Shown: piece by piece, positions 1 to 36,939 of the stretch | How the letters are laid out: each line of letters starts with the position of its first letter | Numbering within the stretch: the stretch's first letter is position 1 | Assembly: GCF_009914755.1 (NCBI RefSeq) | Contig: NC_060925.1 | DNA: 64,000 nucleotides | Source: the human T2T-CHM13v2.0 reference genome, Homo sapiens | Strand: one strand, 5' to 3' | Made by a program: the position numbers and the translations under genes | The notes under the pieces: model-generated | Databases searched by the model: none | What the model was told of the DNA's origin: nothing | Seen by the model: the letters and a program-made list of their open reading frames with translations, nothing else

Positions 1-1640
1 AAAAATTACTCAGACTTGTTCCTGGTGAAGTGCATTCTCTGTTTGTATACTTTTTGATGGAGAAATTGATCTATAGAACTGCTTAATTTTTTGAGGCATT
101 TAGACAGCAATGAAAGGTAGTTCTCCACAGGACACCGAATCAAAAGGAGAGACCAGACTCTGGCCTCATACCCAGCCTATTTGAAACAAGCTATCTAGTT
201 TCTCCTGCAGACACCTTGTCAACAACATGCAACAGTGTCAGGTGCCTTGCAGGAAAATAATCTGAGTCCCAAGCTAGCCTGTGCTCATCCACAATCACAA
301 TGAACATGTCAAGGAAGAATTTGCAGAGACTCAAGGGAAGCACAATGGGATAAGGTAATCACTTTCAGTGAAAAACTGTTTTCTTGAAAACAGGCTTGGA
401 CACAATTGAAAGCTGGCTTCCTGCAAACACACCAAGAGTCTGTAATCTAGCCTATCCATTATATGTCCTTTATTATTCATGATATCCTATTCTTCTACCT
501 TGTTGCCTGGTAACTTTTTCTGAGGACTGAGTTTCTGCAGCGATGTGGTGCACTCTTCCTGTGATGAGGAAACATCTGGGCCCCCTTCTGCAGGCTTTGG
601 AAGATGATGTGTCTTGTCAAGGGGTAAAGGGCAAATGGATTTAATTTCTGCTTAAAACTATCATAGACGTTCCAAATAGAATATGTAAAATTTCTCTGTA
701 TTAGAAAAAGAAACGTGATACCAATTGTATATTTTCTTTTCTTTATTTATTCTCTGTAAGTCTGTCAGATGATAAATTGTAAATAACAATGATTAAAGAG
801 TCATGCTACTGATGGATCTCCCTTTCTGTATAAACAGTGCCAGTTCTGGGCTTTGTAACCTTTGCTCTTTATAGTCTTTCATTCCTGGGGAAGTGATGGG
901 GCATGGGCCCAGAGCTGGGGTGTATGTGGTATGGACACCTGTTTGTGGGGCTTTCCAGCAAAGGATTATTTAAATAGACCTCTAACATATGAGTTGACTG
1001 TTTATTGGGAAGAAAGCATCTTGGTCTCTGACATATCCAAACATACGAGACACTGGGATTTTACGTCCTCACATTAATTAGTCCAGTTCTGGGGAATCCA
1101 GTCTAGAATTAACTGGTGATCCCTTATCGTTATGGTTACAGACTTGTCTTGTTTGATACACAGAAATCCTTTTTAAATCCAAATATAGTCTGTCTCAGAC
1201 TACCTGCACATGCACAAACCAAAAAAAACTATGAAAACCAGAATTTAGACTCAGTCATTATACTAGAGATTAGAATGAAACGACCCCAAACAACCCATTT
1301 CTTACCTGGTCTCTGAGAATAAGTTTATACTTTTAGTTTTCTGAGAATATTTCTCAGAATATGTGAGTTTTCTGAGCACATTTTTCAGCATGGGGTATGG
1401 TAGATAAATCACAGGGCCAAGGTTTGGCAGGGATAGTTGGGATCATTGTGTACCCTATTGTTCTTCTGATTTCCAGGAGAACAGAATGAGCCCATGCAAA
1501 ACATAAACTTATGATGATTAAAAAAAACACACCTATCCATTCACTCATCAATAAAAACATATTATGATGGTTATCAAGCTGTGTCCTATGAGTGATAAAA
1601 TATTTGTAAAATATAAAATTAAATGGCATCTATTGTGAAC
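1..1640 (+). other. Probable distal 3' UTR end of the upstream neighbour gene (DDR2 by recalled synteny)
   Basis: Repeat-poor AT-rich sequence with AATAAA 1550-1555 and ATTAAA 1618-1623. The assignment rests on recalled gene order, not on coding sequence in the window. Confidence 0.4.
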
Positions 1641-2079
1641 TCTATTCTAGTCTCTCTGAGCACCTCTAGCAGTTCAGCCCATCTTTCAAAAGTCATAACA
1701 CCTTGAAAGCAGCAACTTTAGTGCAGAAAAAGGAAGAAGAGAGCAGTTTCATCACTTGGCTTGAATGAAAATCTTGGGGAAAGGAGAGACAGACGGTCTT
1801 GCTCTGAAGCTGTCTGGACTTCAGTTAATTCAGTCTGTCTTAGGCTGGCGGTCATCCCGAGACTGCGGTAATGCTGAGCCTCCACAGCCCAGGCCCTCTC
1901 CCTTCTTTATAGAAATGATTTTTTTATGGGACAGCCACACAACCAGGTCTTCTTCTTATTCCTTATCACCTCTGAGCTCTAGAACATTTTAAAATGAGTC
2001 TTTGGGTCTAGACTCTCACAATTAGGCTTAATTTTACTCCATGACTTTCAGAAAATGTTGTTAAATTGTGGTCTCTTTA

Positions 2080-2495
<416 letters not shown>

Positions 2496-2829
2496 TTTTA
2501 TTTAGGAATCTAATGTTCTAATAACCAGATTTGTTCTTTCAATCTAATTTTATTGATATAGGATAAATGATTACTAAGTAAGTTGGTATCATTAATCAAA
2601 ACCTCTAGAATCAAAAGCCAATATAAATTATCTCAGTGTTTTATGGATCATTGCTGTTCATAAATAATTAAAACACTGAAAGAGGCCATTAAATAAAGTA
2701 TGTTCAGTAGCGTTTGATGTATGATACACAGTTTTATTCTGCATGAGCTGGGGCTAGTGATGGTCCCATTACCAGTCTACTACAAATACAGAAACCTAGA
2801 GTAAGCATTAGAAACCTTTATAGCAGTTT

Positions 2830-4119
2830 TGTCACTGGAAGGAGGGCCTTGAGTGTGAGTCGTCCAGGTTTTTGGCCATTTGGAACGAAAAGTTGGACAA
2901 AATGCACAAAGTAACAAAGGAATGAAGCTGCGAAAGCAAAAGCAGGGATTTATTAAACTGAGAAAGCACTCCACAGGGTGGGAGTGGGCCTGAGCAAGTG
3001 GCTCAAGGGCCCAGTTACAAAGTTTTCTGGGTTTTAAGTAGTTCTTTTGAGGTCCCTATGGGCTACCCCTTATCTGGATGAAGGATTTGGTTTATGGCTA
3101 AGTAAAGGCTGAGGTGAATTTGTGCCCTATGCAGATGATGGCATGGCCCATGCTTAGTGCTTGGCCCACAGCCAATCCAAGGCACTTTCCCTTTCCATCT
3201 GAGACATGGTGGAAGGGTGGCAGGCCAGGTCTCACTAACAACTGTTTCAGTACTAAGTGGTTAAATATTAAAAGCCAGTGCCCTTATACAAAGGCTGGGA
3301 TGTAACAAAAGCCCATCAAGAATTTTGCCTAGGCCTTTCCTGGGCCTCTTAAAGCATACAAAATAAAGAAAGAATTCTTAACCGGACCCCTTTAGGATTA
3401 AACAAGTTTTATTGTGGTCTGAAGAAACTCCCCAGGCCTCCACAAACAAGTTTATTGGGGGGTCTAAGAGAACTCCTCAAACCTCCACCACTTAGCAGGA
3501 GAGAATACAAGGGCAATCACCCCAGCACCTGGACCCATTTAGGTTAAGTAAATTTACTGAGGCTCCAGAGGAAGGTTTTCAGGACTCAGACCTTAGTTAC
3601 AGATTAAAAGAAGTTAATCACTTATGTCTTTAGATAAATGCACACTTACACATAGACAGTTCGCTTAGAAGGCATATAAGCTCTGAAAAACCGTAATTTT
3701 GAGTTGGTCTGGTGATAATTTCCAGGCCTTCTCCCTGCAACCGGTTACAGAAATAAAAACTCTCTTCCTCCCCAGCTCATCTGCATCTCGTTATTGGGCC
3801 TTGAAAAATAGCAGCCCAACCCTCAGTTTGGTCTGAGAACAGAAGGTTGTAGGGAGAGTAGCCTTTGATCCTTTGCTACTGGGGAGTGGGGAGATGGGGT
3901 TTTTCCTTCTGGTTTAGCTTTAGGAAGTTGGTGTTAATTGACCCTAGGCTCTCGGCCCCCAGACCCAGGTGTTTTCATTTTGATCCAGCTTTGGGAAGCC
4001 AGCACCAATTGGTCTCAGATTCCCTACTTCCAGCCCTTGCTGTTTTTCCTTGATTGAGCTTTAGGAAGTCAGCACGAAGTGGCCTTAAGTACCCTGCCTC
4101 CAAACCCTATTCTGCCTCA
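2830..4119 (-). mobile_element. ERV1-class solo LTR (MER51/MER61-like), interrupted by a second LTR
   Basis: Reverse complement starts TGAGGCAGAATAGGG...GGAGGCAGGG; TG...CA termini. Confidence 0.7.
3218..3841 (+). mobile_element. Nested ERV solo LTR (LTR15-like, tentative)
   Basis: TGGCAGGCCAGGTCTCACTAAC...GAGAACA, TATA-like and AATAAA motifs, GAAGG repeated at both flanks. Confidence 0.7.
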
Positions 4120-5036
4120 TTTTGGCAGAGTACTTTTATATGTCTTGGATCTAATAATAAAATATCGGGGCTTGTGTTTTGTATGCCTTTTGCTTTTCTT
4201 TTTCTAGCACTTTATTTTTTTGTATTTTCTAAAAGCACCCATCTGGGATGGCTTGGAGACAAAAACAGGTCCTTTAGCACAGTTTGAGATGCACTGATAC
4301 AGAAGGTTACAGCACATTCTCAGTACTTCGGAGAATGAAGTTCTGAGATTCTGATTCCACGCCACATTCCAAGTTTTGAATACTGGTAATTTACGTCTGA
4401 TTCTACATAAAGTTCTTAATAAAATCAGTGCTCATTTTCTCAAATAAGCTTCTTTAGAGGAGGAGGTCTGGGATCAAAAGTTGGGCTGTGAAGTGGCACA
4501 ATGCCTGGATCTGTACATCCAAAAAGGAGTGGAAAATTAGATGATAATCGCCCAACTTTGGCTCCTAGACCCAAACCTTTTCTCTAAAATGGGCACTGGT
4601 GCAAATACCGTGAGGCCTTCCTGCAAAGAAGTGCCAATCTCAGGCGCCAGGGCACAGACCCAGTGCGTGTCACAGATCCTGTCCTGAGTGCTAGGCCGGG
4701 TGACGCCCCCACCAGGATTAAAGATCAGGCGCCCGCTGAGCCCTAGGAAGCAGTGACAGACACCTGCGCCTAGGCGGAGCGAGAAGAGCCTGGAATGGCT
4801 CCGGGCTTTGCGTCACGCAGCTCCGCCCCTCGGCCTATCTCACCCGACGCCGTCTCCGAGGGCAGGGAACGGTTGGCGGACTGAGATTGGAGGGATCAGC
4901 TCAGACTCGATGACGCAACGGGAGGCGGGGCGTGGCCGTACTCTGATTGGTGACGGGTGAGGCGGCCCGAAATCGTAGGACTTCCGAAAGCAGCGGCGGC
5001 GTTTGCTTCACTGCTTGGAAGTGTGAGTGCGCGAAG

Positions 5037-27376
<22,340 letters not shown>

Positions 27377-27452
27377 CTATGACTGTCTCTTTTCCTTCCT
27401 TTTGGAATGATCTCCAAGACTGTGTATGTGTATGCATATGAGAAAAAGATTG

Positions 27453-27761
<309 letters not shown>

Positions 27762-29789
27762 TTAATTAGTTATTCTCTAGAGTGGTATCACATCAAAATT
27801 ATTAGAGTTCTTTTCGGAAAGATTTTATGTAAAAATAAAAATTATTCGAGTCACCCAACAGAGTATCTGTTTATATTATTCTGCCAACTGGGGCCTAAGC
27901 TGTGCTCCATGGGACAAGAGGTGGACTTGAATAATTGTGACACAGGCACGCACTGCTCCTTTCTTTGGCCTGACCCCAGCAAAAGGAAGTACTGCCCACT
28001 ATCTGAGTGGCAGTCGGAACTTTGTTGCTTTATGAGCAATTTTTTTTAGCTCTTTTGCCTTATTTCTTCCTCCATATGTTGCTTCTGACAATCTTAAGAT
28101 TGTTAGAATCCTAACAATCCTCATGTGGGTGCCCATGTGGTTAATAACAAAAACCAAATAGATAGATGTTTGGGTCACTTGAATTATTTCTTGTTTAAAA
28201 AATATCTTTTATTGATTCTGAGGGAGTTGATGCTAATATTGGGCCCGACCCTTAACACTATTTGCAAATTTATTAGTGACCAGCCCATTTTCATGATCAT
28301 ATCTTAATAGTTGTAAACTTGCAGCAAGAAATTATTCACTCACATTAAGTTTCAATAAAATTTTCTAACTGGGTAACTGCTGGTGTAAGGTACACTATAG
28401 TGAGGATTTAGTTTACATGTATCAGATAATTATGCAAACTTTATAAATTTTCAAAGAACCACACCCCAGGCCTCATTTGATATGAAGAAAAATGATAAAA
28501 TGCCGTATATTTTTACTTTAAATATAACCAATGTAATGCCTGAAATCTAAAGTCAGTAAAATTTTGAATGACTTGACAAAAGTAAAAAATGATATATAAT
28601 TTCCTCACATTTTAAAGTATGAAGCTGTTGGTTCTAGTTTCTCTAATTTTGTTGTTAAAGGTTTTCTATAAACATTCTATAAGTGAAAATGAGAGCTGCA
28701 CACCACTGTGTCCACCGTCTTTGGGAGAGAAGGGTGAAGTTGACCTGAAATCAGAGCTGTTTTTCACTCTTCCATTCACTCACATTGTAAATTTGGAAGA
28801 AGCACATTATCTGTTGTGAATCTCAGGTTCCTCATATGTAAAGTGGAGTGGTTATCTTTTTGCTGCTTCTACTCATGGGTATGGAGTGAAGATTTAATGC
28901 AATAATATATGTGAATGAATAAAGAGCTTTTTTTGGCACATTGTAATAATTTTTACTGGAGATTGAATATGCCAGAATATCATGGTTCAAATGCTATGGT
29001 GTAAGGCACTGAGTGATCACTTCCTATCTGGTAGAGTTGGTTAATTTTCCAAGTTTGACCCGGAAGGCAGCATCTGATCAAGTGGGAGGGCATGGTGGGA
29101 GGAGTATGGGCTTTAGGGCTGGGCAGACCTTGCATCAGATTTGGATTTAGCCAGTTAACTATCTGTATGGAGTTCGAGACCAGTCGTATAACTTTGGGCA
29201 AGTTACTTCAATTTGTACCTCAGTTTAATTACATAAAGTATTGATGCCAGTGCCTACCTTGCAGAATTGTGATAATATCCTAGTAGGTGCACAGTCAATG
29301 CAAATTGGTACTGAATTCTGTTCTACGTTAAGTACCCAAAAGGAAGCTTTAAACATGAACCAATCTTGATTTCACGTCATTGATGACGTGTCACTAGGTT
29401 GGTGCTGTACGTATTTTCTGAGCCATTTTATCCAATTTCCTCAAAATAGGGAACACTCCCTTCCCACACTCCCAAATGATGTACCTGTACAATTGGTTCC
29501 TTTCATTAAACAATCCTAGGTTTCACTGTTTTTGTATCTGACTGGAGTAGTAAGTTAAAGATTCAACTGCTAGGAAGTTGGATTTCAGCAGATGCCTGCT
29601 TTCTGCCTTGATCTGGTACATTTATTTTGATTTCCAATGGGTTCAGTATAATTCATTCGTTCCACAGATGAGCACCAACCACATGCCAGGCACTGTTGGG
29701 TTTTGAGGATATAGAAGTTAACATATGAATGATAGAGTGAGACATCTCAAATGCTTCTAGGCATTCTAGAAAGAATTGAGAACATGGGA

Positions 29790-31220
29790 AAGAGGCAACT
29801 TTGAGGAGATGAAGGCTGAGTTTTTTTTTTTTTTTTAGAATTGATGGAAGCCATGATCATCAGATTCAGGAAAAATGGCAAGTTCCACACAAGATAGACA
29901 CAGATAAAGAAAAACCTAGACATAGTGAAACTGCAGAGAACCAAAGAAACTAACTTGCAAAAACAATTGAAGACAATAGATTATTGACAAAAATCACTGG
30001 GTGGATTAGCTAATGCCTGTAATCCCAGCACTTTGGGAGGCCAAAGTGGAAGGATCGCTTAAGGCCAGGAGTTAGAGACCAGCCTGGGCAACATAACGAG
30101 ATGCTGTCTTTACCAAAAATAAATCATTTCTTTTTAACATTGTTGGATTTGCTTTGCTAATATTTTATGGAGAATTTATGTGTCTAGGTTCATGAAAGAT
30201 ATTGGCCTGTACTTTTTTTTGGTTTTGACTGGTTTGGTTATTTGGCAATAGCAACCTCATAAAATGAGTTGAAGTGTTCTCTCACCTTCTATATTCTGGA
30301 AGATATTATATAACATTGGTGTTAATTCTTCTTTAAATATTTGGTAGAATTCACCAGTGAAACCATCTGGGCCTGGAGATTTATTTTATGAATCTTTAAA
30401 ATTATGCATGTAATTGTTAATGATGATAAAACTATTCAGATTTTCTGTTTTATCTTGTGTTTTTGTCATTTGTACTTTTTAAGGAATTGGTCAATTATTT
30501 CTAAGTTTTCAAATTTATTAGCATAAAAGTTGCTTGTAGTAGTATTTTCTTTTTAATGGCTACGAGATCTGTAATTATGTTCTGTATTTCGTTCTTGATG
30601 TTAATGTCTTCTCTTTTTTAGTTTTTGTCAGTCTTGCTAGGAGTTTCTCAATTTTAATGGTATTTTCCTAAGAACCAACTTTTTGTTTGGTAAATTTTCC
30701 CAATTGTTTTCCTATTACCAATTTCACTGATTTCGGCTCAGATCTTTTCTATTTCCTTCCTTCTGCTTGCTTTGGATTTATTTTGCTCTTCTTTCTCTAC
30801 TTTCTTGCTGTAAAAACTTAATTATTAACTTGAAATTTTTCCTCTTTTTTATCATAAGCATTTAGTACTATAAATTTTCTTCTTAGCACTATTCTAGCTG
30901 CATGCCAGGTTTTTTGACACATTCTTTTTTATTAAGTTGTATATATTTTTATTAACTTCCTTTGATATTTTCTCTTTACTCATGAATTATTTAGAAATAT
31001 TGTTTAATGTACATATTTTTAGAGATTTTAAAAAACTTGTTATTGATTTCTGACTTTTTTTGTTATTGATTTCCAGTTTTATTCTATTACAGTCAGAGAA
31101 CACATGCTGTCTGATTTCTATACCGTTAAATTTGTTGAGGTTTGTTATATGGCCTAGGATAAGGCCTGCTTTGGTGAATGTCTCATGGGCTGTCCTCCAC
31201 ACTGTGCCTGCTGTTGTTTC
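29790..31220. mobile_element. Old L1M fragments with an Alu left-monomer fragment (about 29998-30125)
   Basis: Degenerate ORF2-like antisense sequence (ORF 30987..31202 resembles the L1 endonuclease C-terminus). Confidence 0.65.
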
Positions 31221-33199
31221 TTCTTCGGAATTCTAAGGTAATTGTTTTTTTTTTTTGCCTTTTTTCCACAGTTAATAGTTGTTCTTCAGGAAGGATGGTC
31301 TGTACGTGGGGTACATTGCTATAATTAAAAGCAAGACTTCTCCGCACTTTTTAGTTCCATCTTTATTTCTGTATGATTTTACTTTCTTCTGTTTCTTTCC
31401 TGAGTATAATCAGTTTTTGTTTTATTTATTCCTGTTCTTTGTCCATTTCTGTTTTTAAAATTTTTGATCCATAGTATTTTTTAATATCTCCAAATGCTTG
31501 TTTAAGGATATTTAATTCTGTTTCATTGGGTTAGTATTTTCTTCTCCCTTGTAGTTGTTTTCTTGGGCATGGGAGATGGTGGTTATTGTGGTTGTCAGCT
31601 CAAACATTTTTTTTCCCTCATTTTGTTTGCTTCACTTCTCAGCAAAGTCTTCTGGTCACCCAGTCTAAAATTTCATCATGCTCCTCATATCTTCTAATCT
31701 TTCTTATCTACCTTTTTTTTTTTTCCTTTTTGTTGCTTATTACTATCTAACATATGTATTTTACGTATCTTGTCTATTGCCTTTCAACCTACCGAAGTAT
31801 AAGCTCCAAGATGATTGGGACTTTTAAAAAAATTGTTTCGCCACTATTAATGCAAGGCACATAGTAGGCACTCGATTACTGCTTGTTGTATAAATAAATA
31901 TATGAACAATTGATTAAACAAAGGTTTATTCGAATTAAGGTATCATGAAATGGTGTTTGCAGTACCAAGTCAGAGTTTATTGAGGTTCTGTCTGCTGTCA
32001 TTGTCATGTTAGAATTTTGCCTTTTGCTGATACAATTCCTTCTCATGAAAAACAAAAAACACTAAGAACAACAAGAATGTAGAATGAGTCTTATTCCTAC
32101 TAATGGAACTCCACGCAATAATCCATGTTTCTTGTCTGCCACCTGAAAATGTGAACAAATTTCATTATCCAACAAGTCTCATTTACTTATTATTTTTAAT
32201 AACTGTGACAATATACATAAAGGACTGTTGAAAATGGATAGTAATCCACTGGGTTAAAGAGAGCTCATCTCACCATTGCTGGAGGTTATTCCTCACTGTC
32301 TCATTTGACTCCTGTTTCAAAGAAGGGAATTATGGGAGGTTTTATAGCAGTTTATTGTGGAAAAGAGAAAATTCAGAGACTCTGGATGTTCAAGAAACAC
32401 ATTTTTTGTTAGTGACTCATAAATAGGTTTAAATGTGGGTAGATGACATAGATGATGCTTTAGATATAGGCTATGCATGGATTTATTTTCTCTCTTAGGC
32501 TAGGAAGTAACTATCCCATCCTGCTGTATTTAACAGTCAAAATGATTCTATATTCTCTATATCTTTGATTGCAAAGTGATCTCTATTTATAACTATCATT
32601 CATATTCTACATTTGAAAGAAATATATTCACAAGCACCCAGGAAAAAATGATTTATTATATATGCCATATGAGTAAGAATTAATTACTTATCATTTATAA
32701 CAATGTAAAAAATCCTATCCCACACATTAGTTATGAGCCAGGCCGGAGGTATGGGGATTTGGAAAGAAGAGATATGGATGATAGGAGGGAAAGGAAATGA
32801 AGGGAGAGTGTTTGAGTTAAGGCAGTACTTTCCCCCTGCTTGAAACTGGAGGCAACTTCATTCCAGAGAGATCCACAGAGAAGTACAAGTTCTCTGTTAT
32901 AAGGGGCTAAAAATAAATCATTTTATTCTTGGCCATCAAGGACTTAGTTCCGGCACATGATAGGAATTAGAGCTAGATTTTAAAGTTCAGGGTAGAAGTG
33001 GATGAAAAAAATAGCAAATAATCAGCCACAGATAGAGCTGCCAGATTCTTATTGAGAGAATGGATGAATGGTTGTCCAGGAATAGGGTTACCATGACCAG
33101 GCGATGCTTCTCCATGTCCAGAAACTAAAATATCTACATCAACACAACAAAAATCAAGAAGAAAATGTAGGAGTTGTAGGAAGTAAAACCAAGGGCTTA

Positions 33200-33804
33200 A
33201 TTTGATTAGATCCACCAAACTTATCCTGCCCTGCTTGCTTTGGGTTGTTTGCTTGTTGCTTTTGTTTTTGTTTTTCCCTGAAGCTGAAGGCATGGTAGCT
33301 GAAGTCTGCACCACTGAATGCTGTAACTTAACCTTCACTGGCTACTTTACAGATAACATAAGTCACATGGTAGTGGTCACTTCAGTTGTGTTTTAGGAAC
33401 TTAGGGCAGCTTCTGTCCAGTTCAAACCAGTTGAGACCACGTACCCTTCAACTAGGCATGTGCAGATACATGAGAGGGAAACTTTTGATGGCAGAGGCAA
33501 AAACTCCATTCTCAGATCATGCTAATGCTGATCTGAGACATATATCCTGTGAAATGCCATGAACCCTGATAATGCTGGCATAGATCACTGATTACCTCAT
33601 TTTAACCCACTGCCAATCACCTTTCCCTATGCCTTAGACCATCTGCTTCTCTAATCCATAAATATTTCCTATCTTTGGGGAGGCAGATTTGAGAGCTGTT
33701 GTCCACCTCCTTGCTGGGATGCCTAATTAATCTTTTCTTTTGCAAAAACCCATTGTCCCAGTAATTTATTTACTGTGCAGGTAGAGTGAACCTGGCTGGT
33801 ATCA
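33200..33804 (+). mobile_element. Old ERV LTR-like element, family uncertain
   Basis: Ends ...GAACCTGGCTGGTATCA with LTR-like U3/R motifs; 5' boundary approximate. Confidence 0.45.
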
Positions 33805-34547
33805 AAAGTACACAAAGAGACATCAACAAAATGATAGTATCATGATAACTGTCCTATACATAATACATTTTAATAACTTAAATACATGATTTCTTCAGTC
33901 ATCTAGAGTTCTGTCTTTCTCTGTTACTTTTAGTAGGTCAGACAATTGTTCAAAGTTTGCAGCAGCTTGAAAGCAAATTCTTTAGTGAAAGGTGCCAGGT
34001 CTCTAGAGATAACAAGAAACTAGGTCTTTCTTACGTGGTTCTGATGGAAGTGATGGTGGGAGGGAGAGGCTGCTGGCCTTGCTCCAATGCCTTCAAGCCT
34101 TCCTGGAGTTCACAGTTTTTTTCTAGCTGTCATTCCCACATTATGATGAGTGTCAAACCTCCAAGATTAGGACCCTTTTCTGTTTTCCAGAGGGTGAGCT
34201 CTTCATGGGACAGCCACACTCCCAAGTTTCCACTCACTTTCTTTCCTTACGTGACACCTCTGAGTCCAGGAACTTTCACATTGAGCCTTTGGGTCTGGCC
34301 CTGGAATAAGACTATTCTTATTTTCAGAGTTAGAGTTGTCAAATACTGATCTCTTGTCTTGGAAGGAGTTGGAGTGGGAGAAGGGTAGGGGCTGAGTTCC
34401 TCTCAAATCATGAACACTTCTGAATTATCCAGAAATCTAAATGTCAGACAACCAAACAAATTGGTAGTATCAGTGATTTATTCCAAATAATTTTGGGACA
34501 AGTGGCTAGTAACCGGGAAAAAAAAAGTTGGAGCCTTCTATCACTGC

Positions 34548-35107
34548 TGTAGTAGGCAGAATTTAAAATGTCCCCCATGACCTTTGCCCAGTTACTCTCA
34601 TGATTGCATTGTTATGTGGCACAGTTGTTATTAAAATAGGGAGATTATCCTGGATTATTCAGGTGGGCCACATGAGCCCTTAAAAGCTGTAGAGAAGGAG
34701 CAGAAGTTAAGTCAGATCTGCAGCTATAGTAGTGCTCTCCTGTGGACCCTGAAAGAGCAAACTACCTTCTGCAGAAAGGGCTACCTGACGGGATAGTGGG
34801 TGACCTCTAAAAGCTGAGGATCCCTCCCTCTGTCTTCCATCCCTGCAAAGTTTATAAACTGCAAGAAAGTGGGACTGTGGACCTACCAAGCAAGGAACTG
34901 GTTTCTACAAAGGGCCTAAGTGAACTTGGAAGCTGATTTGACCCAGAGCCTGCCTGGCTTTTATTTAGCCTAGTGGGACCCTGAGCACAGAAATCAGTCA
35001 GGCTATGCCAGGCTTCTGACCCACAGATCTCAGATAATAAAATGTGTATTGTTTTAAGCTGCTAAATTTGTGACAATTTGTTACAGCAGCAATAGAAGAC
35101 TAATACA
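34548..35107 (+). mobile_element. MLT1 (MaLR) solo LTR within an old L1M fragment
   Basis: TGTAGTAGGCAGAAT...TTTGTTACAGCAGCAATAGAAGACTAATACA. Confidence 0.8.
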
Positions 35108-36787
35108 ATTCCTTACACCCAAATAAATTCCATATGTATCAATGATGAATAAATATGATTACAAAATAATTAAAATTTCCTGTACAATAAATTATCACAA
35201 ATAAAAATCAAAATTCAAATAAGCTGGGAAAATATTTGTAACATAGAAGCCAATTGGATAATTAACCCACTATTTAAATAATGTGCACAAATCAATAGTA
35301 AATTTTAATCTCACCCATAGTAAAATGAAATCAAATTAAAAGCACATGAGTTATCACCTTTTTGCTTATCATATTATCAAACACCAAAAAGTTTTGTTCA
35401 GGGTGTGAAAGAACAGGCACTTTCATTTCATATTGTTTGTGATGTAAATTGTTAATTCCTTTGAAAAGCAATTTGACAATACCAAAATTTTAAATGCATA
35501 TACCTTTAATAATTCTACATTTTGAAATTTATCCTAAAGATACAACTCATTAATATACCTAAAGATATTTATACAGGACTGCCATCACTTATGCAAAATG
35601 TGTACTAACCGTGCTTTAGAATTTAAAATTGCTTGGAGTTTAGAAAGGTAAGTTGGTGCATACAATACAGTATGTTTTGCAATAATTCTACTGGGACCTG
35701 GGATAACAACCTGCAATCAAACCTAGCTATATGTTAGCAAAAAAGATACATGAATTCACATTAAGTAGTAGAAGTAAAGATGATAAATAGCCTCACATCA
35801 GTACAGCTATAGTTCAGCTGCCAAACGAGTGTGCCAAAAATTTGAAAAGACTAAATTTTCTTAGCTGTTTGGACTTTAGAATTGTGGGTAAAGGATTTTA
35901 GATCTGCACAAGAACAATTCATTGCAGCATTTTTTTTTTCCTGTAACAGCAAAAGAGTAGAAAGAACTGAAACATATTCCTCTAGCCTCTGGGGTACTGG
36001 ATAATTATGTCATATTCATAAAATGTAATAAAAAATATTAAAATAAATACAATTACTAAAAAGAGTGAAGTTTTAAAAATGAAGTGATATATATGGATTG
36101 TGGATTAAGTGCATAAAAACAAGATGCTGTAAACTTTATAGATTTTTGTTTTCATTTGTATTATACACACATACACACAACACATATACATACATACACA
36201 CAGAATCTCTGAAAGACCCTATCAGAGACTTGGGCTTTGTGACAGTGACAGTTGCACTGTAAAGGCAAAGTAGCCAAGAGGAATACTACATGGGCTTTTC
36301 ACTGCATTTTTCTTGTACTGAATTTTTAGTTTACATATTTTATTTTCAATTATTATTCAGAAAGAAAAAAAAGTCTCTAGGTAGTAAGTGGTTGGTTTAG
36401 ATTTAGTTCTGTCTCCAGGCCTCCTCCTTGGAAGTTGCCACCTCCTCCATGGTGGGTGTTTGGAAAGATGGTTCTGAGAAGTAGAAAAAAAGGGAGAGAG
36501 AAATCGACTGAAATCTTTTATAGAGGGTTCGGTTTTAAGTAGAGGCAGTTGAAGTGGATGACCTTTTCTACACCATAAAAATACATATTGTGATAGTACA
36601 TACAATTCCTTATCAAAATCCAGGTTATTTTCTGCTTCAGCCTGTAAACAAAGAAACTAAGACATGAAGAGTTTTTTGTTTTGCTTTTAATAGGTGACTG
36701 CAATTAGGAATGTAATGGCAAAGGAGGGAAAGAAAAGGAGATGAATGACTGGAATGTGAACATAAAAAATGACACAGTGCCTCGATT

Positions 36788-36833
36788 CTTTTTTTTTTTT
36801 TTTTTTTTTGAGACGGAGCCTTGCTCTTGTCGC
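36788..36833 (-). mobile_element. Extremely 5'-truncated Alu (about 24 nt plus tail)
   Basis: Poly-T then GAGACGGAGCCTTGCTCTTGTCGC; TSD CAGTGCCTCGATT at 36775-36787 and 36834-36846. Confidence 0.88.
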
Positions 36834-36939
36834 CAGTGCCTCGATTTTTGCATTTAAAATGAGGCGAAAGAACAAATGGAATAATTATAGAAAATTTTAG
36901 CCTCTAGCAAAACACTGTGAAGCAGCTCCAGCCTGTGGT

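Noticed and set aside
29360-29376. ERSE element
   Set aside because: ERSE needs CCAAT-N9-CCACG; here the spacing is 7 and the sequence is TCACG.
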